From Obrimoposthia wandeli (taxonomy: Eukaryota): a DNA stretch of 64,000 nucleotides. Shown piece after piece: positions 37,760 through 48,493 of the stretch. Where the stretch lies: assembly GCA_977020255.1 (NCBI GenBank), contig CDROCS010005463.1:1-64000 (forward strand), written 5' to 3'. A program made the translations under genes and the position numbers. A model generated the notes under the pieces. It did no database searches and was not told where the DNA came from. It saw only the letters and a list, made by a program, of their open reading frames with translations. Positions within the stretch are counted from its first letter, which is position 1. Each line of letters begins with the position of its first letter.

Positions 37760-37863
37760 GGAGATCTTTGTTAAGTTATTCAGTAATAGATTAAAGTCTT
37801 ACGTTTTTTGCTTCACTATTAAAGCCTTAGCTTAAACCTAAGATTTTCGATTTTATTATGATT

Positions 37864-37903
37864 AAAAAAAAGCCTAGGCAAGGTAAGTTGTCTAGGCTTT
37901 TTT
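37864..37903. terminator. Bidirectional terminator between fliL and gshA
   Basis: AAAAAAAAGCCTAG...CTAGGCTTTTTT. Confidence 0.8.
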
Positions 37904-37922
37904 ATGCAACGCTGACTTTGCT

Positions 37923-39488
37923 TTAGCTTTGCATGTACTGTGCTAAAAACTCATCAAAATCTACGGTATCATTTTTTTCCATTTCACTTTGTTGTGCAAT
38001 AGATTGAGCTACTTTTTCAGATAAGTCATCACAAACCGCTGCTTCAATTTCACAAGACAGCATGTCTTCGCGATGCTGTCTGCTTACGTGTAGTGCCCAA
38101 TCTGTAAATTGTAGCCCGCTTTCTCGCAAAGAGGCTAGTACGATAGCAGAAGGCGTTAAATCGCTATCAGCCACTTTAGCTCTTTGCAGTTTTACACTAT
38201 CACAATAGTTTGAACCGCCTTTTACTTGGTCTATAACTTTAGCAACTTTTTCGACTTGATCGAGTATTTGGGTGGCTAATTGCGCTAGCTCTATTTCGCC
38301 ATCAGTCGTTAGCAGTTCAAGACCTGGTTCACGGCCTTTGTTCACCACTAAATTGTTATTGTGGCTAATACGATCGCATTCAAGCGCATCAATTTCAGTG
38401 TTATCTTGTAATAGGCAGGTTAATAAGAAGGCGTCCATAAACTGCGCTTGGCAATTGTCTATCCCAACCGGTAACAATGGGTTTATATCCGTATTGCGTA
38501 CTTCTACGTATTCAACCCCTCTATCAATCAACGCTTCTACTGGCTTTTCGCCTGAGCAAGCAACTCGCTTAGGTCGGATATCACTATAATATTCGTTTTC
38601 TATCTGCAAAATATTACTGTTTAGCTGTCGGTACTCACCGTCGACTTTAATGCCCATTTCTTCATAAGCTGGGAAAGGCGTTTTAACGGCGTGTTGTAAA
38701 GAGCTTGCATAGCTATCTAAGTAATTGAAACAGATGTCTAAGCTTTCTTGTGCTTTATTCGAATAACCAAAATCACCCATACGCAAAGAAGTAGCATAAG
38801 GAAGGTATAAGGTATGGCCATTGAGGGTTTGTAAATGGTGATCTTTATCTTTCATAAATGAATCTGAAAGCGCAGGAGATGCACCAAATAAGTAAAGCAG
38901 TAACCAAGATTGGCGTCGAAAGTTACGAATTAACGAAAAATAACCGTCAGAGCGGTAATCTTGTAACGAGCGGCTATCGCTATCAATTAGCTGAAGTACT
39001 TGCCATAACTCATTAGATAGCGAAAAATTATAGTGGATGCCAGCAATGCTTTGCATCATTTTGCCATAGCGACTAGCTAACCCTACACGATAAACGTGTT
39101 TCATTTTTCCGCTATTGGAGGTGCCGTATTCACCGATTCGAATATCATCATCACTCTCTAGGTAGCAAGGCATGCTGGCATTCCAGATGACCTCTTCATC
39201 TAAATGACGATAGGTAAAACGGTGTAAATCAGTGAGATAATTAATGGCATCTAACGAGTTTTTATAAACAGGTGTAATAAACTCTAGCAATGCCTCAGAG
39301 TAATCTGTGGTGATAACACCATTGGTAAGAGCTGAGCCCAAACCGCTAGGGTGGTCACTTTGTGACAATCTACCTTTAGGGGTGACTCTTAAACCTTCCT
39401 TTTCGATACCGTGCATGACAGCGGTTAAAAGGTTTTCTTGGCCAGCGGCTTTCAGCTTTTCCAGCTTTGATTCAAGTACTGATTGCAA
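37923..39488 (-). CDS. gshA: Glutamate-cysteine ligase
   Basis: HGIEKEGLRV, ITTDYSEALLEFITP, LQIENEYYSDIRPK, YVEVR. Confidence 0.96.
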   Translation of the reverse strand: MQSVLESKLEKLKAAGQENLLTAVMHGIEKEGLRVTPKGRLSQSDHPSGLGSALTNGVITTDYSEALLEFITPVYKNSLDAINYLTDLHRFTYRHLDEEVIWNASMPCYLESDDDIRIGEYGTSNSGKMKHVYRVGLASRYGKMMQSIAGIHYNFSLSNELWQVLQLIDSDSRSLQDYRSDGYFSLIRNFRRQSWLLLYLFGASPALSDSFMKDKDHHLQTLNGHTLYLPYATSLRMGDFGYSNKAQESLDICFNYLDSYASSLQHAVKTPFPAYEEMGIKVDGEYRQLNSNILQIENEYYSDIRPKRVACSGEKPVEALIDRGVEYVEVRNTDINPLLPVGIDNCQAQFMDAFLLTCLLQDNTEIDALECDRISHNNNLVVNKGREPGLELLTTDGEIELAQLATQILDQVEKVAKVIDQVKGGSNYCDSVKLQRAKVADSDLTPSAIVLASLRESGLQFTDWALHVSRQHREDMLSCEIEAAVCDDLSEKVAQSIAQQSEMEKNDTVDFDEFLAQYMQS

Positions 39489-39817
39489 ATCGACATCCTA
39501 ACTTCGGTTGATAATGGGCCGATTATAAACCAACATTAGCAGATAAAGACAACAACTTAGCGGAAAAAACATAAAATAATAGCAGAGAAGTAATTCGCAA
39601 AAAGTTCCATTAGTGATTGGTTATAAACTAATTATTCACAAATGCTGTTAAAGTGTTTAGTAAGGTGTTGAATTATCTGTAAATAAAAATAAGGCTCAAA
39701 CAAATAACATCATGCTTAAAGGTATTAAAATGGAACCTCATCTGATAAAAGCCAATACCATAAACCAGTCTAATCAGATGAATAACGGACGAATTTTTCC
39801 TAATAAAGATAAAAATA

Positions 39818-41743
39818 GTGAGCGCTATAGTGCAAATATATAAATTTTCGCTGTTGAAAAGGGTAGGTATAGGCGGACGCTTGCTATTAGCGTTTGTTTT
39901 AATCTCCTCTATTTCACTGGTGGTGAGTTCTTTATCTACCAATACCTATCTACAGTTATCTGAAAAGCTGCATTTGCTTAAACAGGAGTATATCCCAGGA
40001 CTAGATGCAGCGGCGAGGCTAAATGACAAGAGCCGGTTAATCGTTACAAAAGCGCCTTTGCTGGTGACTGCCAGTTCAAATGTCGCTAGGCAGCAAGCCA
40101 TGGATGAGCTCAATGTTGCTATCCAAGAGATGGACTCTTTAATGAAGAATTTAGCAGACTATGATCGCTATTTTAGGGAACTCATCGCTCAGATCCACAA
40201 CAGCCTGATTTTACTTAACCAAAGTGTTGCGCGCCGAGAACAAATACATCAAGAATTGCTCGTTGAATCCAGCCAGATACCTTCACGTTTTGATGAAGTA
40301 TTGAGTTATGTAGTCGAAGAAAAAATTAACTTAAATGGGCAAGTGCAACAGGCAGCAGTTAATCAGCTTTTTTACTTTGCTGGGCTGGTAGAAAAAGTAA
40401 AAAACGATGCAACGTTCCATGATTTAGATAACACTATTTTGCAGTTAGAGAAAATAGGTTTAAATATACAAAGGCAGTTAATACAGGGTTTTAAAGGCGC
40501 AAATAAAGCCCAGAAAAAGCGAAGAATGTTAGAGTTTTTGCGCTTTGGTCATCGAGAAGGCAAGTTGTTTTTACTCAAAAATGAGCAATTAGATCTCAAT
40601 TATCAGCAGAGCTTTTTGTTACAGAACAGTCAAAACCACATTAATCAGTTAACAGCACAAATAAATTTATATTCAGATTCTACCAACAGTCGCATCAGTC
40701 TCTCTTTACAACGCGCAATCAATTCAATTAATAGCAGTATTAAAAGTATTTTATTGTTATCTATTCTCAGTTTACTGGTAGCCGCTGCTATCTCTTGGTT
40801 TTATGTGCAGCGTAATGTGTTACAACGCATCATTGAATTACAAGATAATATGCGCTCTATCGCCTCGGCGAAGTTAAATACACGGATTCGTATTGTAGGC
40901 AATGATGAAGTCTCAAGTATGGCTAGAGATTTAAGGCACTTTCAAAGAACGGCCATTGAAGTTGAGCAAACCAATAAGCGCTTAGCGGCCGAGATTGAAG
41001 AGCGTATTTTAACTGAGAAGCAATTAAAAACGGCACAAACTGAGTTGATTCAAGCGGGTAAACTCGCAGCATTAGGCCAGTTAAGTGTCGGTATTACCCA
41101 TGAAATTAACCAACCTTTAACAGCAATTGGTAGTCACTTACATACAGCGGGTTTGAAGTTGCAAAAGGCACAATTTAGTGGAGTAGAGCAAAGTCATTAC
41201 AAAATTAAAATGCTGCTAAACAAAGTGGCAGTGATTACCCGCCATTTAAAGTCATTTGCCCGAGAAGCTGGAAGTGAAATAATACCTGTTGATGTGAATA
41301 AGGTAATTGAGGATGCAATAGAGTTAATGTCTAGTAGGCTAAACTCAGATAATTGCGAAATGCACTATGAGGCACAAGCTAAACCTTTATATGTCATGGC
41401 AGAACCCGTTAGGTTAGAGCAAGTACTGATTAATTTATTGAGTAATGGGATTGATGCCATAAAATGTGCTGAGCATCGCAAGTTGAGTATCGAGGTAGTC
41501 CAAAAGCACTCAGAAATTTGGATAGAAGTGCGAGATACAGGAGTGGGTATTGAGGCGGATCAACTAGAGTATTTATTTGATCCTTTTTATACGCAAAAGG
41601 AAGTGGGAGAAGGCTTGGGCTTAGGCTTATCGATTAGCTATAACATAGTGCAAGATTTTGGTGGGCAGATCAAAGTGACTTCGCAATTAGGCAAGGGAAG
41701 TTGTTTTATATTGGTTTTGAAAACGGCAGAAAATAATGAATAA
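39818..41743 (+). CDS. Membrane sensor histidine kinase (PgtB/DctB-like, HAMP)
   Basis: Two TMs with periplasmic domain, HAMP (GNDEVSSMA), QAGKLAALGQLSVGITHEINQPL, HATPase. Confidence 0.9.
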   Translation: MSAIVQIYKFSLLKRVGIGGRLLLAFVLISSISLVVSSLSTNTYLQLSEKLHLLKQEYIPGLDAAARLNDKSRLIVTKAPLLVTASSNVARQQAMDELNVAIQEMDSLMKNLADYDRYFRELIAQIHNSLILLNQSVARREQIHQELLVESSQIPSRFDEVLSYVVEEKINLNGQVQQAAVNQLFYFAGLVEKVKNDATFHDLDNTILQLEKIGLNIQRQLIQGFKGANKAQKKRRMLEFLRFGHREGKLFLLKNEQLDLNYQQSFLLQNSQNHINQLTAQINLYSDSTNSRISLSLQRAINSINSSIKSILLLSILSLLVAAAISWFYVQRNVLQRIIELQDNMRSIASAKLNTRIRIVGNDEVSSMARDLRHFQRTAIEVEQTNKRLAAEIEERILTEKQLKTAQTELIQAGKLAALGQLSVGITHEINQPLTAIGSHLHTAGLKLQKAQFSGVEQSHYKIKMLLNKVAVITRHLKSFAREAGSEIIPVDVNKVIEDAIELMSSRLNSDNCEMHYEAQAKPLYVMAEPVRLEQVLINLLSNGIDAIKCAEHRKLSIEVVQKHSEIWIEVRDTGVGIEADQLEYLFDPFYTQKEVGEGLGLGLSISYNIVQDFGGQIKVTSQLGKGSCFILVLKTAENNE

Positions 41744-43088
41744 AAATATGTTGGTAGCAATCATCGATGATGACACAGAAGTCGCGAGTGCTCTGTGTGA
41801 AATGTTAGAACTTGAAGGCTTTAGCGTGGCAGTTTTTAATCGTGCAGAACCGGCGCTTATGAGCTTGCATGAAGAGAGTGGCAGCGTTGTATTAAGTGAC
41901 TTAAGAATGCCGGGTATGGATGGCTTGGCGCTGTTAGAACAGGTGCAAATAATCGACCCTTCAATTCCTGTGGTTCTGATGAGCGGACATGGTGATATAC
42001 CGATGGCAATCCAAGCGATGAAACTGGGGGCACACGATTTTTTGGAAAAACCGCTAGATCCCGACAAGTTAGTAGCTATTTTACATCGGGTAGTAGAACA
42101 GCGCAGGCTAGTGCTTGAGAGCCGTCAAGCGCAACAAAACTTGAATCAACTCAGTGGTATTGAAAAGTTCATTATTGGCAAATCTGATGCGATAGAAAAC
42201 ATAAGGAAAAGCGTATTGGCTTTATCTCAAGCGAATGTCGACACTATCATTTACGGCGACACTGGTACGGGTAAAGATGTGGTTGCACAAGCATTGCATT
42301 TGTATAGCCCCAGACGTGAGCAGCGTTTTGTCGCGATTAACTGCGGCGGTATGAGTGAAAGCCTAATAGAGAGCGAGTTGTTTGGCCACGAAGCGGGCTC
42401 TTTTACTGGTGCAAACAGACGTCACATAGGAAAAATAGAAGCGGCCAATGGCGGTACACTATTTTTAGATGAAATTGAAAGTATGCCTGTAAGCGTGCAG
42501 ATAAAGTTACTCAGAGTGCTGCAAGAGCGATCGATTGAGAGAGTGGGCAGCAGTGAATTAATTAATGTTAAAATGACGGTTATTGCAGCGAGTAAAGATA
42601 ATTTAGAAGCGCTAAGTAACACCGGTGCATTTCGTAAAGATTTATTTTACCGGCTCAATGTAGCCAGCGTATCGCTGTCTAATTTGAACGCGCGAAAAGA
42701 AGATATTTTGCCGCTGTTTTCACACCACGCTCAACAGGCAAGTGTGCGCTATCATAAAAAAATACCGCAGATGTCCGCTGAATACACTAAGCAGCTTTTA
42801 TCACATACTTGGCCTGGTAATGTACGAGAGCTGAAAAATGCAGCAGATCGTTTTGTGTTGGGAATTACAGAGAGTAAATCGTTAGAGGCACAAGTATTAG
42901 ATGATACGAGTGAGAGCTATGACGAGAAAATGGACAAATTCGAGAAACAATTATTAGAAGAGGGCCTAAGAGCGGCGAATGGGCAAGTGAAAGAAACAGC
43001 AGAGCTATTAAACTTAACCAGTAAAACCTTATATAGAAAGATGAAGAAACATCAGCTAGATAAAAGCACGTTTAAAGATACCCTCTAA
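41736..43088 (+). CDS. sigma54-dependent response regulator (DctD/PgtA-like)
   Basis: REC (DLRMPG), GDTGTGKD, ESELFGHEAGSFTGA, WPGNVREL, Fis HTH. Confidence 0.93.
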   Translation: MNKNMLVAIIDDDTEVASALCEMLELEGFSVAVFNRAEPALMSLHEESGSVVLSDLRMPGMDGLALLEQVQIIDPSIPVVLMSGHGDIPMAIQAMKLGAHDFLEKPLDPDKLVAILHRVVEQRRLVLESRQAQQNLNQLSGIEKFIIGKSDAIENIRKSVLALSQANVDTIIYGDTGTGKDVVAQALHLYSPRREQRFVAINCGGMSESLIESELFGHEAGSFTGANRRHIGKIEAANGGTLFLDEIESMPVSVQIKLLRVLQERSIERVGSSELINVKMTVIAASKDNLEALSNTGAFRKDLFYRLNVASVSLSNLNARKEDILPLFSHHAQQASVRYHKKIPQMSAEYTKQLLSHTWPGNVRELKNAADRFVLGITESKSLEAQVLDDTSESYDEKMDKFEKQLLEEGLRAANGQVKETAELLNLTSKTLYRKMKKHQLDKSTFKDTL

Positions 43089-43170
43089 GCTTGTCTGTAT
43101 TAAATACTCTTCATTTTGCGCCTTAAAGCTGTTAATTGGGACTATGCTTTATGTTTTGAGTATTGTAAAT

Positions 43171-43222
43171 AAAATGGACACATATGGCTGATTCTTCTAT
43201 TTAAAATGGACATACTTGTCTG
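43171..43222 (+). promoter_or_regulatory. Candidate upstream activator sites
   Basis: AAAATGGACACATATGGCTG and AAAATGGACATACTTGTCTG repeated at 32-bp spacing upstream of the sigma54 promoter. Confidence 0.6.
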
Positions 43223-43284
43223 TTTACACATGCCATTTTCACCACACTTTTCATAATGCTATGATTTCTAAATAAAAAATAATC

Positions 43285-43301
43285 ATGGCTTTCTTTTTGC
43301 T
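43285..43301 (+). promoter_or_regulatory. sigma54 (-24/-12) promoter of the phnD-like operon
   Basis: TGGCTTTCTTTTTGCT with GG-N10-GC; directly downstream of a sigma54 activator gene. Confidence 0.75.
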
Positions 43302-43520
43302 ATTACATACTAAGAGCATAAAAACCTATATCCAACCGCTGGCATTAGGTTTAACTACAGAGCGTGTAGAACCAACTACACGGCCTATGTTTCTTTCTCT
43401 TTGCTATTGTATCGTTAAGCTACCTGAAGTGATCAGTTACGATTGATAACTACTGATTTAATTAGAGGCAGCGAAGCTTGCAAGGCATTTATAACAAAAA
43501 TCGAATATCAAGGTGCAATA

Positions 43521-44588
43521 ATGACTCAGTCTAAAATAACTAAAATATTACCAGGGATCTTCCTCGCAGGATCTCTACTATTCAGTGCAACTGCTGTACA
43601 AGCACAAGAGTGTACAAACCGAGGTGTACTTGATGATAAATTCTGTGACGTAAATAACGACTTAGTGGCAGATTCTCCGATAGATCCGGCTAAGTGGCGT
43701 GACCCAAGCACTTTGGTTTTTACTTATACACCAGTCGAAGACCCTGCTGTCTATAAAGATGCGTTTGCGGATTTTCAACAGCATTTAAGTGATATTACTG
43801 GAAAGAAAGTTGTCTACTATACCGTTCACTCTAATGCGGCTGAGGTAGAAGCTATTCGTTCAGGGCGCTTACATATAGCAGGCTTCTCAACTGGTCCAAC
43901 TGGTTATGCAGTAAATTTAGGTGGTTATGTGCCTCTGGCGGTAAAAGGAACGGCAGATGGCTTTCAAGGGTATAACCTAATTACCGTTGTGAGAAACGAT
44001 AGCCCAATTAAAACCATGGAAGATTTAAAAGGCAAAATGGTCGCACACACCTCTGCGTCTTCAAATTCTGGAAACTTAGCCCCGCGCGCGCTTTTCCCAA
44101 GTGTCGGTATTACACCGGATAAAGATTACACCGTTAAGTATTCAGGTAAACATGATCAGTCAATAATGGGCGTGTTATCAGGCGATTACGATGCAGCACC
44201 CGTAGCCTCAGATGTATTTAACCGCATGGTTGGTGCAGGGCGAATTAAAGCAGAAGACTTTCGGACTATATTCACCAGTCCGCGTTTTCCCACGTCATCT
44301 TTTGGATACGCACATGATTTAAAACCTGAATTGGTAGCCAAAATTAAGCAGGCGTTTGATAGTTTTAGATTCCCTGAGCAAATGTCTAAAACCTTTGGCG
44401 GTGCCGATCGTTTTTACCCTGTTACTTATAAAGAAGACTGGGCTGTTATTCGTGATATCGCGCATGCAACAGGCACGGCATACACAAAAAAAGGTTTGAA
44501 AAAACTTGCTGAAAAAGATGCGGCTAAAGCAGCGAAGAAACGTGCTAAAGCGTTAGCTGAAGAGGCTAAGAAAAAAGCAAACGGATAA
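43521..44588 (+). CDS. phnD: Phosphate/phosphite/phosphonate-family ABC substrate-binding protein
   Basis: Signal peptide; SASSNSGNLAP; SGKHDQS; DAAPVASD; unusual Cys/Asp N-terminal extension and Lys/Ala tail. Confidence 0.8.
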   Translation: MTQSKITKILPGIFLAGSLLFSATAVQAQECTNRGVLDDKFCDVNNDLVADSPIDPAKWRDPSTLVFTYTPVEDPAVYKDAFADFQQHLSDITGKKVVYYTVHSNAAEVEAIRSGRLHIAGFSTGPTGYAVNLGGYVPLAVKGTADGFQGYNLITVVRNDSPIKTMEDLKGKMVAHTSASSNSGNLAPRALFPSVGITPDKDYTVKYSGKHDQSIMGVLSGDYDAAPVASDVFNRMVGAGRIKAEDFRTIFTSPRFPTSSFGYAHDLKPELVAKIKQAFDSFRFPEQMSKTFGGADRFYPVTYKEDWAVIRDIAHATGTAYTKKGLKKLAEKDAAKAAKKRAKALAEEAKKKANG

Positions 44589-44651
44589 AGTATCTTTGCA
44601 CTACTCGCTGTAAAGCTTGTGGGTAGTGCGTTATTTAGCAAGGTTAAAATT

Positions 44652-45419
44652 ATGTCAGCAATGCAAAAGTTCCTGCAAGTGAAGGGATTAAAAAAAGAGT
44701 ACGTCAGCGGCAACCCTATTTTAAAAGGTGTTGATTTCACAATAGAAGAGCCTGGTCTTATTGCCATTATAGGGCCATCGGGTACAGGTAAGAGCACATT
44801 ATTGCGCTGTATTAATCGTCTGATTGATGCAACAGAAGGTGAAATTATCTTCAATGGGGTCGATATTTGCCAAACTAAGGGCGGCTCATTACGCAAATTG
44901 CGCAGACATGTAGCAATGGTTTTCCAGGAATATAATCTGGTTGAGCGTCTCAGTGTCATTGAAAACGTGTTAAGTGGGCGTTTGGGTTATATGAGCACAT
45001 GGAAAGCTTGGCGCAGAAATTATAGCCAAGAAGATATTAATAATGCTTACCAGTTATTAGAGGCGGTAGGGTTAGAGGATCATGCGAATAAACGTGCAGA
45101 TAGCCTCTCTGGTGGGCAACGCCAAAGAGTGGGTATTGCTAGAGCGGTGATGCAAAATCCTAATATTATACTAGCCGATGAGCCAACCTCGTCATTAGAC
45201 CCTAAAACAGCGGTCGAAATCATGGAATTATTAGCTAAGTTTGCCGCCGAAAAAAACATCCCTGCACTGATTAACATGCATGATGTGAATTTAGCGAAGC
45301 GCTATGCGAAACGCATCATTGGTATGTCTAACGGCTACGTTATTTATGACGGAGAGCCTGAAGGAATTACCGATGAACAGTTAAAACAGATATACGGGGG
45401 CGAGTCATGGCTGGATTAA
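44652..45419 (+). CDS. phnC: PhnC-type ABC ATPase
   Basis: [38 protein letters not shown]. Confidence 0.88.
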   Translation: MSAMQKFLQVKGLKKEYVSGNPILKGVDFTIEEPGLIAIIGPSGTGKSTLLRCINRLIDATEGEIIFNGVDICQTKGGSLRKLRRHVAMVFQEYNLVERLSVIENVLSGRLGYMSTWKAWRRNYSQEDINNAYQLLEAVGLEDHANKRADSLSGGQRQRVGIARAVMQNPNIILADEPTSSLDPKTAVEIMELLAKFAAEKNIPALINMHDVNLAKRYAKRIIGMSNGYVIYDGEPEGITDEQLKQIYGGESWLD

Positions 45420-46204
45420 ATGGCTCGAAAAATGCCGATATAAAGAACCCTTTTCCATCGAGTAAATGGAGCAGTGCTGCCTGGGTTTTAGTCGTCGTTT
45501 ATCTCTTTTACTCAATCCAGTCTATGGGTATCAATGGAACGAGGTTTGTTGAGGGCTTAGGCCATGCGGGTAAATTACTTGATCGCATGTTTCCGCCAAA
45601 TTTTGATCGCTGGCAACTGTTGTTATCAGGTTTAGTTGAAAGTCTAGAGATCGCGATGATTTCCAGTGTTATTGGGATTTTCTTATCACTTTTTATCGGC
45701 TTACTTGCAGCAAGAAACTTAATGCCTGTGTGGGTGAGTACTCCCGTTAGAGGACTAGTTGCTATTTGCCGCTCATTTCATCCGGTGATTATAGCGATCC
45801 TTTTTGTGAAAAGTGTTGGTTTTGGCGCGCTGGCTGGCATCTTAACGTTGATTGTGGCTTCTATTGGTTTCATTGCTAAATTATTTGCGGAAGCGATTGA
45901 GGAAATATCACTCAAACAAGTAGAAGCTATCCGGGCCACGGGAGCGAATTTTAGCAGTGTGGTTATCTATGCGGTAATGCCTCAAGTCTTCTCTCGTTTT
46001 ATCGGTTTTGCTACCTATCAATTTGACTCTAACTTGCGCAACTCAACCATGGTTGGCATTGTAGGAGCAGGTGGATTAGGGGGTACATTATTTTCAGCGT
46101 TTCAACGCTTTGACTATGATTTTGTTGCCGCTATATTAATCACCATCATCGCTCTGATTTTGCTGTGGGAGTTTCTATCGACACTCGTGCGGAGGGTTTT
46201 TTAA
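45407..46204 (+). CDS. phnE: PhnE-type ABC permease 1
   Basis: [31 protein letters not shown]. Confidence 0.88.
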   Translation: MAGLNGSKNADIKNPFPSSKWSSAAWVLVVVYLFYSIQSMGINGTRFVEGLGHAGKLLDRMFPPNFDRWQLLLSGLVESLEIAMISSVIGIFLSLFIGLLAARNLMPVWVSTPVRGLVAICRSFHPVIIAILFVKSVGFGALAGILTLIVASIGFIAKLFAEAIEEISLKQVEAIRATGANFSSVVIYAVMPQVFSRFIGFATYQFDSNLRNSTMVGIVGAGGLGGTLFSAFQRFDYDFVAAILITIIALILLWEFLSTLVRRVF

Positions 46205-47001
46205 TGACACAAACAGATTATCATTGGCAGCGCTTTAGCCTCTCTCAAAAACTCGCACGCTTTAGTATCTACTTGTTCTTTATTGCTGGTTTTGTCTTCT
46301 CAGTACAAACAGTTGAGGTAATACCGGAGTTTCTTTACGACGCACCTGAGCAAATGATGGATATGTTCAATCGGATGTGGCCGATAGATTATGCTTTTTA
46401 TCCCATATCAGTGCATGCAGCGATGATAGAGACGCTCAATATAGCTACATTAGGCACCTTGGTTACATTGATTTTTGCCATACCACTGGCGTTAATGAAC
46501 GCCTCTAATGTGGTTTCCAGCCCGCTAGTGCACTGGATTGCTCGCTTCTTTTTAGTTTCATCTCGCTCGGTTAACTCTTTGGTTTGGGCATTGCTATTCG
46601 TTGCAATTTTTGGTCCAGGAGTGATTGCTGGTGTGTTGGCTATCGCGTTTAGATCCGTCGGCTTTGTTGGCAAATTGCTCGGTGAGGCGCTAGAAGAAAT
46701 CAACATGGGCTCTATTGAGGCATTGCGTGCTACAGGCGCTCCCTGGGGAGCTATCATGCTAAAGGGCTACTGGCCACAAGTGATGCCAGCGTTTTTTAGT
46801 ATCGTGTTATTTAGATGGGACATAAATGTCCGAGAATCTGCAGTGCTAGGTTTAGTCGGGGCTGGAGGAATCGGCGTAGTCTTAAATGATTCGATGAACT
46901 TGTTCCAGTGGCAAGAGGTGGCGATGTCATTAACCGCTATTTTTGCTGTTGTAGTACTCGCTGAAATAGTGGTTGTAAATATCAGAAACCGTCTGATCTA
47001 A
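46204..47001 (+). CDS. phnE: PhnE-type ABC permease 2
   Basis: KLLGEALEEI, RWDINVRESAVLGLVGAGGIG; TAATG coupling. Confidence 0.88.
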   Translation: MTQTDYHWQRFSLSQKLARFSIYLFFIAGFVFSVQTVEVIPEFLYDAPEQMMDMFNRMWPIDYAFYPISVHAAMIETLNIATLGTLVTLIFAIPLALMNASNVVSSPLVHWIARFFLVSSRSVNSLVWALLFVAIFGPGVIAGVLAIAFRSVGFVGKLLGEALEEINMGSIEALRATGAPWGAIMLKGYWPQVMPAFFSIVLFRWDINVRESAVLGLVGAGGIGVVLNDSMNLFQWQEVAMSLTAIFAVVVLAEIVVVNIRNRLI

Positions 47002-47075
47002 AGCTCAAATAGAGTGTTTATCATGGTAAAAGGCTGCTTGTGAGTATGGTTTATTGAGAAGCAGCTAGCAAAACA

Positions 47076-48005
47076 TTACAAGTTTGGTAAACACTCTTTC
47101 ATCTTCGTTTCGATAGCATTAATGCATAGCTGAACAACATAGGGCGTTGTTTGATTAAATGCATGGAGTCTATAGATAGGCTGCGCCATTAGTTGATATT
47201 GCGTGGTGATAATGGCTAGCTTTGAGCGCTCTTTTTCAGTGAGTTCACAGAGTAACAGTTGCGGAATTAATCCAACCCCTGCCCCTTGCTTTACCATACT
47301 TAATACGCCATTTACAGAGTTTGCAAAGCGGCTGGGCCGGTGCTTTAGCTCACATATATCCCTCTCTGACACATGGGTGAGTTGGTGCGTAACAACCGCC
47401 CCCTGCCATGTGTTAGCAATATAATTTAATGATAGGCTCAAGCGTGGGTCTGTTTGAATAGCTAAAACACTGATACCTTGTTGCTGTAAATACTGCTTAC
47501 TTACGCACAGATGATCAAGCAGTGTGCCAATGCGCTTTTGTTTAAGCTCGCTATCCTTTAATTGGCCGACACGAATCGCTAAATCGATATTGTCGGTGAG
47601 CAAATGAACACGTTGATCTTGGGCATACAAAGATGGAGTGATTTTAGGGTGTGTATTAACTAAAGCGCCGATTGTTGGGGCAATAATCGTATCCATTAAG
47701 GCATGAGGAGCGCTAATGCTAATGCTGCCAATCGCTTGTTCTTGTGCATTATAGGCATCGCTCCAAGCTTGTTTACCAATATCCGATATCTGTTTGCACT
47801 GTATGTAAAAGGCTTTACCTGCAGGGGTAAGTACTTGTCGTCTAGTGGTGCGTTTTAACAATTCGACATTGAGTTCTTTTTCGAGGGTACGAAGCTGCTG
47901 ACTCACAACAGATTTTGAAATGCCTAATTGCTCGGCACCCGCGCTAATAGAGCCTGCTTCTACTATCGTATTAAAAACCATCATGTGGCGTAAGTATTTC
48001 ATCAT
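47076..48005 (-). CDS. LysR family regulator
   Basis: GSISAGAEQLGISKSVVSQQL HTH; IDLAIRVG. Confidence 0.88.
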   Translation of the reverse strand: MMKYLRHMMVFNTIVEAGSISAGAEQLGISKSVVSQQLRTLEKELNVELLKRTTRRQVLTPAGKAFYIQCKQISDIGKQAWSDAYNAQEQAIGSISISAPHALMDTIIAPTIGALVNTHPKITPSLYAQDQRVHLLTDNIDLAIRVGQLKDSELKQKRIGTLLDHLCVSKQYLQQQGISVLAIQTDPRLSLSLNYIANTWQGAVVTHQLTHVSERDICELKHRPSRFANSVNGVLSMVKQGAGVGLIPQLLLCELTEKERSKLAIITTQYQLMAQPIYRLHAFNQTTPYVVQLCINAIETKMKECLPNL

Positions 48006-48115
48006 AATGTTCGTAATTATAGAACAAAGAGTAAGCTTTTTGTTCGTTTTTCTGTTCAATGTTATCGTTTAATATTCTGTCATTGGTTACTAACAGTATT
48101 TCTAAGGAGAAATGA

Positions 48116-48493
48116 ATGACAGCTCAGCAAAAAGACATAATGATTCAAGCAGTAAAAGAGGCGAGCAGCCGTTGGAAGGACGCTTTTAATTCAGGCAATG
48201 CAGCCTTATGTGCAGCGCAATATGAAGCAGAGGCTATTATGAACGCAAAGCCATTTGGCACGTTCATTGGCACAGCGCAAATTAGCGCGTTTTGGCAGCA
48301 GCTTATTGACGGTGGTTACAGTGATGTCGCATATATTGATCCACAAATTGAAGTGTTGGATGAACAACATGCGATCTTAAGTTCTGGTTGGAAAATGAAT
48401 AACGCAGCGGGTGTGATTACTCGCGAGCTTTGGGTGTTACAGGCAGATGGTAGTGCAAAATTGCGCGAAGATGATTTTGAAGCACTTGGCTAA
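48116..48493 (+). CDS. SnoaL/NTF2-like protein
   Basis: WKDAFNSGNAALCAAQYEAEA; divergent from LysR. Confidence 0.75.
   Translation: MTAQQKDIMIQAVKEASSRWKDAFNSGNAALCAAQYEAEAIMNAKPFGTFIGTAQISAFWQQLIDGGYSDVAYIDPQIEVLDEQHAILSSGWKMNNAAGVITRELWVLQADGSAKLREDDFEALG

Noticed and set aside
43521-47001. Phosphonate or phosphite utilisation pathway
   Set aside because: Only the transporter is present; no C-P lyase, hydrolase or phosphite dehydrogenase genes in the window
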